This document shows, piece after piece, positions 53,801 through 62,247 of a stretch of 64,000 bases of DNA (its first letter is position 1; every line of letters starts with the position of its first letter). Source of the stretch: a bacterium (lineage in GTDB: Bacteria > Patescibacteriota > Minisyncoccia > Minisyncoccales > GWA2-46-15); assembly GCA_030693425.1 (NCBI GenBank), contig JAUYAM010000002.1:384632-448631 (forward strand), read 5' to 3'. The position numbers were made by a program, and so were the translations under genes. The notes beneath the pieces are model-generated. The model saw only the letters and a list, made by a program, of their open reading frames with translations, was not told the DNA's origin and searched no databases.

Positions 53801-55013
53801 ATCGCCGATGACAATCAAGTGGCAAAATATTAATTACCGTAACAGCGTTGTTAATATTTTCCTTTACAGAAGCAATAAAATTCCTGGCGACCTGGACTAC
53901 AATTACGTGGCGCAGATCGGAAACTTGGGCCAGCCGAACGACGGCATGGAAACATGGATTATCCCTTCATCAATCCCTCCCAGCGATAACTACTTTATAA
54001 GGGTCAATCTAGACGTCCAAGATCCCCAGACCGGATTTGATATGGTTGACGACAGCAACGCCCCCTTTAGCATTGTTTCTTCTATCGCCTGTACTGATTC
54101 AGACGGCGGAGAAAACTATTACACAAGAGCAAAAGCTACCGGTCTATATGCTAGTTCAGTCCAAACTGGTTGGATTTTTGGCGAGGATCCCAACAAAGCC
54201 AGTTCCCGGCGCGATGAAACGTTAAACTACAGCATATACTACGATCATTGCTTTGACAGCGCGACGTCAAACCAACTAAACGAAGGGTATTGCAACGCGG
54301 ATGGGAAATTAGCCTCCTCCGGTTATCAATGCCCTTTTGGTTGCCAGGACGGCGTTTGCAAACAAGCGGTTAAGTTTCCCGATCTCGCGGCGCCAGCCGG
54401 TCTGACCGTTACGCCCGACCGCCGCTTGGTGAATCAAGAAATCCTTATCACTTTCAAGATGATAAATCAGGGTGAAGCCACAGCTTCGCCGGCAGTGTAC
54501 ATGTATACTAAACAGGCGGACGGATTCAGCAGCATCCATCAATCTAATACCTGCACCAATTCAACCGTCTTACAACCGGGAGAAGGATGTTTGGCGGCAT
54601 ATGTTTTTAAATTCCCGACTCCCGGCATGAAACAAATAGAGGTTAAGCTGGATCCCTCAAATCAATTAAAGGAACCCAATGAAAATAATAACGTCTTCGG
54701 CATAGGTTTTGAGGTAGTAGAAAGCCCGGTGTTTTCCAATCTTTCTGCCGACCTTTCTTCTGATAAAGCATCTTTCAATTTCAGTTTCTCGGAAACATCA
54801 AGCCTATACCGAATTGATATGTCAATACTGCCGGATATGTCCTGGGGCACCTACCTAGACTTTACCTGGGGCGAAAAATCCCCTCTTACTCACGATAGCC
54901 CCCAAGCGCGCTGGGACCAATATCGCTGCGGCCAAACGCTTTACTGGAGAGTTTACAGCTCCGGTAGAGGCGACCAAAGCCCGATTCAAAAAGCGATTGT
55001 CAATTGCCTATAA
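50826..55013 (+). CDS. Giant secreted surface protein (1395 aa): coiled coil, PG-binding-like domain, multiple SPNGGE-type Ig-like repeats, PKD-like domain, CARDB-like C-terminus
   Basis: Signal peptide; QLQAQIVALQQQLQQL; at least 5 repeats starting I(T/S)(V/I)LSPNGGE; PKD-like WSATDADGDNLSWSVSWGDG. Confidence 0.85.
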   Translation: MAKRISKIVFILIISGVFSLAVSPSLARAITSQEILDQIAQLQAQIVALQQQLQQLPGTTAVWCHDFNTNLKYGDAGGTEVDALHVALEKQGFDINEDEFANNVFGEYTASAVVGFQVKYSSEILTPLGLKYGTGFVGKATREKLNKLYGCILPPTTRPLYQVEVFNEMGDWSKTLTRGTKYTFVGKISNGKPNSQILFYLQRPDGTMEYNGLFDWPPGCSVGEGCGGSRFSTDANGNFKQTITEVIPNNTQTGTWISWVTVAGSMSNRLYHSVVATAGPSITILSPNGGENWVIGKTYSIVWESSGLTPSDKILISAVSSTGWEGHIAYNIPGNLGLYYWAIPSNFAAGSYKIKLDACKPTGECYSDLSDNYFSIVSTATGSLYLSTSPDTPPAQKIIKGVSTTLLKAKFTASNVEDIRINGFDIYPFLASESRPVPVGDVVKFKLYDGAVQIGLPWYSPNSSGYVAVTNLNWVISKNASKILTVKAEASLNSTTTAFKLVINSEALSATGLSSNSAVQKSGSAVGSVMTIIGNEASITVLSPNGGEKWIKGTTQAIKWQDNTPISLCATGAGASCVSPAPKYYDIKLFTYYPPCTETICPMNVVAPSYTIAKSVSGSLYSWPVGKVLDTNNTAPDGSYTIQVCQINSTICDSSNSYFKIVSTGANNPPVISGIPAIPSDIKVGQSVSFSWSATDADGDNLSWSVSWGDGTGIAEVCVLPNPQNKQGWTFKASHAWANAGTYTVKATVNDCRGGSANHTFNVTVGSNVQPFVTVISPNGGETFIKGVSYTIKWSSSGFASGAWAQIQLRKAESPDQIVKVIVTSMPMSAGSYDWTIPSDVPDGKYLIWMTGPAPSLIDFSDAPFSIVSSPTPSITVLSPNGGEQWRVGNTYSIIWESSGLTPSDNILISAVSSAGQEFHIAYNIAGNLGLYYWAIPSNFTAGSYKIKVEGCKSAGACYSDLSDNYFSITAAIAKPSITVLSPNGGEEFNIGSPMTIKWQNINYRNSVVNIFLYRSNKIPGDLDYNYVAQIGNLGQPNDGMETWIIPSSIPPSDNYFIRVNLDVQDPQTGFDMVDDSNAPFSIVSSIACTDSDGGENYYTRAKATGLYASSVQTGWIFGEDPNKASSRRDETLNYSIYYDHCFDSATSNQLNEGYCNADGKLASSGYQCPFGCQDGVCKQAVKFPDLAAPAGLTVTPDRRLVNQEILITFKMINQGEATASPAVYMYTKQADGFSSIHQSNTCTNSTVLQPGEGCLAAYVFKFPTPGMKQIEVKLDPSNQLKEPNENNNVFGIGFEVVESPVFSNLSADLSSDKASFNFSFSETSSLYRIDMSILPDMSWGTYLDFTWGEKSPLTHDSPQARWDQYRCGQTLYWRVYSSGRGDQSPIQKAIVNCL

Positions 55014-55071
55014 GGCGCGGGTTAAAAACATCCTGGGAAAAGGTAAAACCTAAAGCTGAAATGGGTTTAAA

Positions 55072-56358
55072 ATGACAAGATTTCTTTTCCTTAAACCCGC
55101 GAGAATAAAAACCTTGCCAAAAAGCTCTGGCGTTTATCAATTCCGCTCAAGCGAGAACGAAATTTTATACATCGGCAAGGCCGTCAACCTCAAAAGAAGA
55201 GTCCGCGACCACTTCCGCAAAGCCAATCTCAAAGACAAGCTCTTGGCCGATCTGACAGAAAAGGTCGGCTACTTTCAAACTGGCTCGGAAATCGAAGCTT
55301 TGATTTTGGAGGCAAATTTGATCAAAAGATATTTGCCGAAATACAACGTCATGTGGCGCGACGGCAAAAACTATCTTTATGTCGGCTTTGCCAAAGAAGA
55401 ACTGCCAAGAATTTTTATAACGCACCAGCCAGACGCGACCGCCAGCAAGCTCAAAACTCAAAACGCAAAGCGCAAAGCCACAGCTCAAAACTTAAAACTT
55501 ATTGGACCATTTATAGACGGTAAATCTCTCAAAATCGCCCTACGACTTTTGCGCCGGGTTTTTCCCTATTATGTCTCCGGAAAACACGCTTCAAAGCCTT
55601 GCCAAGGCTGCCTTATCGGGCTCTGCCCGGGGCCGAATCCTGATGTCAGAGAATACCGCAAGAATATCAGAAACCTGGCCGCAGTCCTTAAGGGAAAAGG
55701 AGCCAAGATCCTTAAGGACTTAAAAAAAGGGATGGTTGAGGCGGCCGAAATCCAAAACTTTGAAAAAGCGGCCAGGATCAGGGATCAAATTATGGCCTTG
55801 GAAACGATCTTTGCTCATAGTAAAACCCTCGCCGCTCCACAACCAGACGCCTCAAAGATCCTTCAGAAAATCTTAAAATCTAAAAAACCTATCTCCAAGA
55901 TCGAAGCCTACGATATCTCCAATATCCAGGGCCAGGAAGCAACCGGTTCGATGGTCAGCTTTGCCGACGGAAAACCAGACAAAAGTTTTTACCGAAGATT
56001 TAAGATAAAGATTTCCGGAGGGCCAAACGACGTTGCCATGATCAAAGAGGTCTTGAAAAGAAGGCTGAATCATCCCGAGTGGCCTTATCCAGATTTAATC
56101 TTAATCGACGGCGGAAAACCCCAGCTCAACGCGGCGATAGCTTCTAAATCAGAAATCCTGAATGCCAAAGACATTAGAATAATTGCATTAGCCAAGAGGA
56201 AAAACGAACTCTTTATTGAGGGCCGGAAATCAGTCCTTCTGCTCAAAAGCCTACCCAGGCCGATTTTCAATCTGGTCTTGCAGTTAAGAGACGAAGCCCA
56301 CCGCTTTGCCCGAAACTACCACTTGAAATTGAGGCGAAAGAAATTCTTGAGTATTTAA
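55072..56358 (+). CDS. uvrC: Excinuclease ABC subunit C, short form without C-terminal (HhH)2
   Basis: GIY-YIG GVYQFRSSENEILYIGKA; UVR motif FEKAARIRDQIMALE; endonuclease region IEAYDISN..ILIDGGKPQ; only 428 aa. Confidence 0.85.
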   Translation: MTRFLFLKPARIKTLPKSSGVYQFRSSENEILYIGKAVNLKRRVRDHFRKANLKDKLLADLTEKVGYFQTGSEIEALILEANLIKRYLPKYNVMWRDGKNYLYVGFAKEELPRIFITHQPDATASKLKTQNAKRKATAQNLKLIGPFIDGKSLKIALRLLRRVFPYYVSGKHASKPCQGCLIGLCPGPNPDVREYRKNIRNLAAVLKGKGAKILKDLKKGMVEAAEIQNFEKAARIRDQIMALETIFAHSKTLAAPQPDASKILQKILKSKKPISKIEAYDISNIQGQEATGSMVSFADGKPDKSFYRRFKIKISGGPNDVAMIKEVLKRRLNHPEWPYPDLILIDGGKPQLNAAIASKSEILNAKDIRIIALAKRKNELFIEGRKSVLLLKSLPRPIFNLVLQLRDEAHRFARNYHLKLRRKKFLSI

Positions 56359-56395
56359 CATTGACCGCCGACTATTTTCTTGCTATTATTAAGCA

Positions 56396-56743
56396 ATGTG
56401 GAACCTAATTTTGAGAGTAGCCGGATCCACTGCCGGCATCTGGTTAGCCGACAGATATATTAACGGAGTTCAGGTTTCAGGCGACTGGAAAACTCTTTTG
56501 ATTATTGGCGCCGTCCTGGGCGCGGTCAATTTCTTTTTAAAGCCTTTACTGAATGCTATCGCCCTGCCCCTGAAAATATTGACCCTCGGCCTTTTTAGCC
56601 TGATAATCAATATGGTTCTGGTCTGGCTGGTTGACATCGCCTTCACCGAACTGGTCATTACCGGCCTGATTCCTCTTTTTTGGACAACAGCCATTGTCTG
56701 GCTGGTGAACTACGTCTTGCAAAAGTGGCTGCCCGGGGAGTGA
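56396..56743 (+). CDS. Phage-holin-4/DUF360 family small membrane protein
   Basis: 115 aa, 3-4 TM; LGAVNFFLKPLL..LTLGLFSL pattern. Confidence 0.6.
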   Translation: MWNLILRVAGSTAGIWLADRYINGVQVSGDWKTLLIIGAVLGAVNFFLKPLLNAIALPLKILTLGLFSLIINMVLVWLVDIAFTELVITGLIPLFWTTAIVWLVNYVLQKWLPGE

Positions 56744-56777
56744 AAACTCGAATGGTCGCTGCGATTTCGCCGCGCGA

Positions 56778-56817
56778 CCCGTCCCGCTGGAAGCGGGACG
56801 GGATCAAAGATTTTTTC
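56778..56817 (+). terminator. Intrinsic terminator
   Basis: CCCGTCCCGC-TGGAA-GCGGGACGGG then ..GATTTTTT. Confidence 0.7.
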
Positions 56818-56854
56818 GAGTTTCTACTACCCAGTGCCGGACAAATAAAATCTC

Positions 56855-57106
56855 ATGGATCTCTCAAACATCCTCGGATTAATTTCCCAACTTAAACCTT
56901 ATCTGCCGGCGGCGCAGATTGTCGTCGCCCTGCTTTTGATTATCCTGATCCTGCTTCAGCCAAGAGGGGAAGCTTTGGGATCTGCTTTCGGCCAGAGCTT
57001 TGCCACTGTTGGAAAATTGCGGGGAGCTTCAAAAAGCATATTTTGGTTCACTATTGTTCTCGGCGTCATTTTCATCCTGCTCGCCTTGCTAAATCTTGTC
57101 GTTTAA
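56855..57106 (+). CDS. secG: Preprotein translocase subunit SecG
   Basis: 83 aa, two TM; LLQPRGEALGSAFG motif. Confidence 0.7.
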   Translation: MDLSNILGLISQLKPYLPAAQIVVALLLIILILLQPRGEALGSAFGQSFATVGKLRGASKSIFWFTIVLGVIFILLALLNLVV

Positions 57107-59133
57107 TGTCTCTCCTACTTTCCTCTGCGAAAGGGAGATTAAAAAGGTTTCTCGAAAATCTTCCTTCTAGGAGGCAATGCCAAAAGTTTTTTGAAGTCTT
57201 GAGCAAAGAGGAAAAAAAATATTTTCTGGCTTTTTTGGTTTTGTTTGCAGCCTCTCTAGTTTTCTTGTCTCTTGATTTTTACTTTAAGGGCACCGAAATC
57301 AAGCCCGCTTTCGGCGGCACTTTTTCCGAAGGGGTCTTAGGCCAGCCGAGGTTCATCAACCCGATCCTGGCGGCAGTCAATGACGTTGATCGCGACCTGA
57401 CAGAACTGGTTTTTGCCGGACTGATGAAATATTCTTCCCAAGGAGAAATAGTTCCCGACTTGGTTGAAACTTATGAAATAAGGGAGAACGATAAAATCTG
57501 GGATCTGACTTTGAAAAAAGATTTAGTTTTCCAGGACGGCTCCTCTCTGACCGCAGACGACGTCATTTTCACCATCAAAACCATCCAAAACCCTGACTAC
57601 AAAAGCCCTTTGAGGGCGAACTGGCTGGGCATTGAAGTGGAAAGGATTTCCGACTTAAGAATCCGCTTCAAGCTGAAAAACAGCTACCCTGCTTTCCTGG
57701 AAACCCTGACTCTAAAAATCATGCCGAAAAAGGTCTGGGAAGGGATTTCTCCGGATAACTTCCCTTTGGCGATCTTCAATCTAAAACCAGTCGGTTCCGG
57801 GCCATACCGGGTCGCCGAAATTCTCCAGGAAAAGAGCGAAACCGGCCGGATCAAATCATTAGCTCTAGACGTCAATCCCAAATATTACGGCAAAATCCCG
57901 AATATTAAAGAGATTATTTTTGTTTTCTTTGAGGAGGAAAAAGACTTGGCGAAAGCGGCCAAAAGCAAAGAAATCCAGGCTTTCATCCTTCCTTCTCTGA
58001 AAGACAAGGACCTTCTGGAGAAAAAAGGGTTTTTAAGCCATGCTTTCAGCCTGCCGAGATACTTTGCTGTTTTCTTTAATCAGAAGAGCTTCCCGCCCCT
58101 CGCAGACAAAAACATCAGGACGGCCCTGAATTACGCCACCAACAAAAGAGAGATAATCAATGAAGTTTTGTTCGGCAACGGCCGGATTACCGATTCGCCC
58201 CTTCTGCCAGCTCTTTTCAATTTTGCCGAACCGAAGACCATTTTCAAGTTCAGCCTCAAGAAAGCCAACGACATCCTGGACAAAACCGGTTTCAAATTGG
58301 ATCCTCAAACCCAGATCCGCCAGAAAACAGTCGACAGAAAACCCTCTTTCCAGTTCAAAAGCAACCTTTCCAAGGGATCTCAGGGCGTCGAAGTCAAAGA
58401 GCTCCAAAAATGCCTGGCCCGGGACTCTGAAGTTTACCCTGAAGGAGAAGTTACCGGCGTCTTTGGCGACAAAACCAAGCAGGCTGTCATCAAGTTCCAG
58501 GAAAAATACCGTCAGGAGGTTCTTGCCCCTTCCAATCTTGAAAACGGCAACGGTGAAGTCGGCTTGGTGACGCGGAAAAAGCTGAATGACTGGTGTTTCG
58601 GCCCGAGCCAGGAAACTCTCCAGCTGAAATTCTCTTTGCTGACCGTTGACGACCCGACTCTTCTGAAAGCTGCGGAAATTCTTAAAAACCAATGGGCCAA
58701 AGCCGGAATCAGCCTGGATATAAAAAGCTTCAGTTTTTCCCAGCTGAGTTCCGAATTCTTGAAATCAAGGAATTATAACAGCCTTTTGTTCGGCGAGGTC
58801 CTCGGGCTGACTCTTGACCTTTTCCCTTTTTGGCATTCTTCCCAGGAAAAAGACCCCGGTTTGAACCTTGCCCTTTACAAAAACCAGGGCGCTGACAAAC
58901 TTCTCGAGCAGGCCCGCCAGACTTTTGACGAAGATTTGAGAAAACAAAAACTGGAAGAATTCCAGGAAATCCTGCTCAAAGACGCGCCCGCCGTCTTCCT
59001 TTACCAGCCGGATTTTCTTTACATAGCTTTGCCAAAAATCAACGGAATCAAAGCAGGCATAATCGCCGATCCCTCAAAAAGGTTTGTCGACGTTGAAAAT
59101 TGGCATATAAAGATAAAAAGGGCATGGAAATGA
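57106..59133 (+). CDS. ABC transporter family-5 substrate-binding protein (peptide/nickel type) with an inserted PG-binding-like domain
   Basis: Start moved to the ATG overlapping the secG stop (TAATG); FQDGSSLTADDVIFT; insertion at 58375-58593 resembles the PG_binding_1-like module. Confidence 0.8.
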   Translation: MSLLLSSAKGRLKRFLENLPSRRQCQKFFEVLSKEEKKYFLAFLVLFAASLVFLSLDFYFKGTEIKPAFGGTFSEGVLGQPRFINPILAAVNDVDRDLTELVFAGLMKYSSQGEIVPDLVETYEIRENDKIWDLTLKKDLVFQDGSSLTADDVIFTIKTIQNPDYKSPLRANWLGIEVERISDLRIRFKLKNSYPAFLETLTLKIMPKKVWEGISPDNFPLAIFNLKPVGSGPYRVAEILQEKSETGRIKSLALDVNPKYYGKIPNIKEIIFVFFEEEKDLAKAAKSKEIQAFILPSLKDKDLLEKKGFLSHAFSLPRYFAVFFNQKSFPPLADKNIRTALNYATNKREIINEVLFGNGRITDSPLLPALFNFAEPKTIFKFSLKKANDILDKTGFKLDPQTQIRQKTVDRKPSFQFKSNLSKGSQGVEVKELQKCLARDSEVYPEGEVTGVFGDKTKQAVIKFQEKYRQEVLAPSNLENGNGEVGLVTRKKLNDWCFGPSQETLQLKFSLLTVDDPTLLKAAEILKNQWAKAGISLDIKSFSFSQLSSEFLKSRNYNSLLFGEVLGLTLDLFPFWHSSQEKDPGLNLALYKNQGADKLLEQARQTFDEDLRKQKLEEFQEILLKDAPAVFLYQPDFLYIALPKINGIKAGIIADPSKRFVDVENWHIKIKRAWK

Positions 59134-59705
59134 AGACAAAATCAAGGGAAATCCGCCTGGTCAAAGATCTTAAAGATATTCTTTTTGACAAAGACTGGGC
59201 CAAATCGGCCAAAGATTTCAAAGTCTATCAGGTCAGCCGAGGAATGAAATACAGAAAAGACGGTTTGAGATACGACCAAACCGTTATTTTCCCAAAGCTC
59301 TTGGGGAAGGAATATCCGAAAACCAAAGGCCACGAGCATCCCAAAGAATACGTAGAACTGATCGAAGTTCTGCAGGGGCAAGCAATCTTTCTTCTCCAAA
59401 ACGATCAAGGAAATAAGGTCAAAGACGCCTATTTTATCAGGGCCAAAAAGGGCCAGGCCATAATCTCGCCCAGGGGTTATTCCCATACCACTATTAATAC
59501 CTCGGGAAAGATTTTGAAAATCGGCACCTGGATTGAAGACGTTTCCGAAAGCGACTACCATAATATCAAAAGGCTCAAGGGCTTTTGCTACTATTGCACT
59601 CTCTCCGGCTGGAAAAAGAACAAAAACTACAAAAGAGTTCCCAAGCTAAAAGAGAAAAAGCCTTTGAAATCATTTCCCAAAAACCTTGATTTTCTAAACT
59701 GTTAA
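59124..59705 (+). CDS. Cupin-type glucose-6-phosphate isomerase-like protein
   Basis: TKGHEHPKEYVELIEVLQGQAIFLLQ cupin metal motif; about 190 aa. Confidence 0.55.
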   Translation: MEMKTKSREIRLVKDLKDILFDKDWAKSAKDFKVYQVSRGMKYRKDGLRYDQTVIFPKLLGKEYPKTKGHEHPKEYVELIEVLQGQAIFLLQNDQGNKVKDAYFIRAKKGQAIISPRGYSHTTINTSGKILKIGTWIEDVSESDYHNIKRLKGFCYYCTLSGWKKNKNYKRVPKLKEKKPLKSFPKNLDFLNC

Positions 59706-59771
59706 ACGCGGGCATGGCGAAACTTAGCAGACCCCGAAGGACATTCGTGACTACGGGGCAAGTGCGTAGTT

Positions 59772-59854
59772 CGCCCAGGTGGTGAAACCGGAAGACACGC
59801 TAGCTTCAGGAGCTAGTGCCTAAAAAGCATGCGGGTTCGAATCCCGCCCTGGGC
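59772..59854 (+). tRNA. tRNA-Leu (anticodon CAG), long variable arm, CCA not encoded
   Basis: Acceptor GCCCAGG/CCTGGGC, anticodon stem CTAGC/GCTAG with loop TTCAGGA, T-arm GCGGG-TTCGAAT-CCCGC. Confidence 0.9.
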
Positions 59855-59984
59855 ACAAAAAATCTAGAGGCCTGCCCCGTAGCTCTGCCGAAGGTAGAGA
59901 TTTGGGGCTTCCTTCTCGCCCACTTTACTAACTCTAATCTATTGTTTTCGTTATAATAAGTTTTAATTAAGACAGTTTAACGTT

Positions 59985-61697
59985 ATGGAAAAACATTATT
60001 ACACGCGCCAGACATCGCCCGCCTCTAGAGAGCAAGCTCTGCGCCTCATTCCTTTAGGGGGATTGGGCGAAGTCGGCAGAAATATGATGCTCCTGGAATA
60101 CGGAGAAAAGATCTTAATCATTGATATGGGATTGAGGTTCCCCGAAGAAACCATGCCCGGGGTCGACTACATCATTCCCAATATCGAGTACCTCAAAGAC
60201 AAAACCAAGAACGTTGTCGGCGCGGTCTTTACCCACGGCCACTACGATCACATCGGCGCCGTCCCCTATCTGGTCAGGGTCATCAACCCCCGCCTGCCGC
60301 TCTTTGCCAGTCCATTGACCAAAGGCATTATCATCAAAAGGCAGGGAGAGTTTCCTGACAGCCAAAAGCTGGACATTACCGAAGTCAGAGACGGCTCAAG
60401 AATTGTTTTGGGCCCCTTTAAGATTGAATTCGTGATGATGAATCATAACATTCCTGACAGCCTGGCGATTTTTATCTCAACCCCCGTCGGCAATCTCTTT
60501 TACACCTCTGACTTCAAGTTCGATTCCGACCCCATCTACGCCAAGCCGACCAGCTTCAAAAGGCTCAGGGAAATCGGCTCAAGGAGGATTCTCCTTCTGC
60601 TTTCAGACTCTACCGGCGCTGAAGAACCGGGCCATTCACTTTCGGAAAAAGAGATCTTCAAAAACCTAGAAGAAATCTTCAAAATGGCCAAGGGCAGAAT
60701 TATTGCCGCCACCTTTGCCTCTTTGATCAACCGGCTCCAGCAGCTGATCACTATTTCAGAAAAATACGGAAGAAAAGTCATTATCGAGGGTTACTCAATG
60801 AGGACCAATTTAGAGATCGCCAAAGCCCTGGGATACATCAAGACGAAAAAGGGCACCGTTATAAAAGCCAAAGACGTTGACAGTTACCCTGACGACAAAA
60901 TCACCATTCTTTGCACCGGCAGCCAGGGAGAAGGATCGGCGGTCTTAATGAGGATTGCTAATAAAGAGCATAAGTCCCTGAGAATCAAGAAAGGAGACGG
61001 AGTTATTTTTTCTTCTTCAACAGTGCCAGGCAACGAACGCCAGGTCCAGAACCTCAAGGACGAATTCTTCCGCCAGGGAGCTAAAGTTTTCCACTACGGC
61101 ATGATGGACATCCACGCCGGCGGCCATGCCCAGCAGGAAGAGCTCAAAGAAATGATCAGAATTATGAACCCAAGATTCTTTTTGCCGATTCACGGCCAAG
61201 TCTCAATGCTGGTTTCCCACTTGGAACTGGCCAGAGAAATGGGTATTGCAGAAAAGAATTCCTTGATGGCCGAAACCGGCAAAGTGATCGGCCTGACTTC
61301 GCGGGAAATCTGGCTCGAGAAAAAAGAAGTGCCTTCTGACTACATCATGGTCGACGGCCTGGGGATAGGAGACGTCGGCGAAGTGGTTTTGAGGGACCGG
61401 CAGGTTCTGGCCAAAGACGGCATGTTTGTCATCATCGCCACCATCGACAGGAAAACCGGCCAGGTCCAAGGCTCTCCCGACATCATCTCCAGAGGCTTTG
61501 TCTACCTAAGAGAATCAAAAGAGCTTTTAAGAGACACCAGGAAAAAGGTTATCGGCATTATCAACAGGACGGCCGGATCCGGAGGAGCGGTCAACTGGAC
61601 CTACGTCAAAGAAGAAATCAAGAACAAAGTTGGCGACTTTTTGTACCAGCAGACCCAGAGAAGGCCGATGATTTTGCCAGTCGTGATTGAAGTTTAA
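59985..61697 (+). CDS. rnj: Ribonuclease J (metallo-beta-lactamase/beta-CASP)
   Basis: FTHGHYDHIGAVPYL; DFKFD; HASGH-like AGGHAQQEE; 570 aa. Confidence 0.9.
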   Translation: MEKHYYTRQTSPASREQALRLIPLGGLGEVGRNMMLLEYGEKILIIDMGLRFPEETMPGVDYIIPNIEYLKDKTKNVVGAVFTHGHYDHIGAVPYLVRVINPRLPLFASPLTKGIIIKRQGEFPDSQKLDITEVRDGSRIVLGPFKIEFVMMNHNIPDSLAIFISTPVGNLFYTSDFKFDSDPIYAKPTSFKRLREIGSRRILLLLSDSTGAEEPGHSLSEKEIFKNLEEIFKMAKGRIIAATFASLINRLQQLITISEKYGRKVIIEGYSMRTNLEIAKALGYIKTKKGTVIKAKDVDSYPDDKITILCTGSQGEGSAVLMRIANKEHKSLRIKKGDGVIFSSSTVPGNERQVQNLKDEFFRQGAKVFHYGMMDIHAGGHAQQEELKEMIRIMNPRFFLPIHGQVSMLVSHLELAREMGIAEKNSLMAETGKVIGLTSREIWLEKKEVPSDYIMVDGLGIGDVGEVVLRDRQVLAKDGMFVIIATIDRKTGQVQGSPDIISRGFVYLRESKELLRDTRKKVIGIINRTAGSGGAVNWTYVKEEIKNKVGDFLYQQTQRRPMILPVVIEV

Positions 61698-61730
61698 CTC
61701 CAATTTTTCTCGTTGTTTTTCGTCGAACAC

Positions 61731-61780
61731 TTGACAGCCTATTGTCTTTGCTATATCATACTAGTATACTAGTGTCTAGT
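61731..61780 (+). promoter_or_regulatory. Promoter plus TrpR-type CTAG operator of the trpR-like gene
   Basis: TTGACA-17 nt-TATCAT, followed immediately by the perfect palindrome ACTAGTATACTAGT (61760-61773) and a third CTAG at 61777. Confidence 0.6.
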
Positions 61781-61802
61781 AATATAACGATAAAACAGGA
61801 TT

Positions 61803-62054
61803 ATGAACTGGACTTATGTCGATGAATTAATAGAATGCCTACTTCGCCTCAAAACGCGAAAAGACACAAAAGATTTCTTGATGGGCATTTTGACGCCCAA
61901 AGAGCTGCAAGAAATTCCTACTCGATTACAGATTGTCAAAATGCTCAAACGCCGTATCCCCCAATACCAGATTGCCGAAAAATTAAAAGTAGGCGTAGGC
62001 ACTATCACTCGGGGATCAAACGAGATAAAAAAAGGAAGGTTTAAACAAATATGA
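61803..62054 (+). CDS. TrpR-like / YerC-YecD family DNA-binding protein
   Basis: 83 aa; LTPKELQEIPTRLQIVKML..PQYQIAEKLKVGVGTITRGSNE HTH pattern of the Trp_repressor family. Confidence 0.75.
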   Translation: MNWTYVDELIECLLRLKTRKDTKDFLMGILTPKELQEIPTRLQIVKMLKRRIPQYQIAEKLKVGVGTITRGSNEIKKGRFKQI

Positions 62055-62128
62055 AGTATTTAATAATACGAATAACAAACAATTGGTCTTGGGCCCTACC
62101 CTTTTCGGCAAGGCCAAGTTTTGATTAA
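62051..62128 (+). CDS. 25-codon mini-ORF MKYLIIRITNNWSWALPFSARPSFD (candidate Trp-codon leader peptide, or peptide precursor)
   Basis: ATGA overlap with the trpR-like stop. Trp codons at 62084-62086 and 62090-62092 lie inside the first of three mutually exclusive helices. Confidence 0.3.
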   Translation: MKYLIIRITNNWSWALPFSARPSFD

Positions 62129-62147
62129 GTAATATACTGGTTTTCAA

Positions 62148-62178
62148 ACCGCCTTGGTCTTGCCAAGACGGTTTTTTG
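62148..62178 (+). terminator. Intrinsic terminator / attenuator between the trpR-like gene and the radical SAM gene
   Basis: ACCGCCTTGG-TCTTG-CCAAGACGGT (9 bp + 1 mismatch) followed by TTTTTTG. Confidence 0.7.
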
Positions 62179-62247
62179 TTTGAAAAAAGACAACGAGGTG
62201 GTCGCTGTCTTTCACAGACAAAAAGCACATTAGAAAAGGAGTCAAAA

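Noticed and set aside
58033-58692. 219-aa minus-strand ORF, plus several 60-136-aa ORFs nearby
   Set aside because: They are antisense to, or out of frame within, the well-supported SBP_bac_5 gene and have no motifs. Similar shadow ORFs inside rpoD, dnaG, uvrA and the subtilase were rejected for the same reason.
59706-59771. Possible second tRNA or T-box immediately upstream of tRNA-Leu
   Set aside because: It contains a CCCCG...CGGGG hairpin but no T-arm (GTTCGAATC-type) or acceptor pairing. A T-box would precede an aminoacyl-tRNA synthetase gene, not a tRNA.
62176-62247. Longer start for the radical SAM gene (MFEKRQRGGRCLSQTKSTLEKESK...)
   Set aside because: The extension begins inside the terminator T-tract region and lacks an SD. 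The Met at 62248 is preceded by AAAGGAG at proper spacing.
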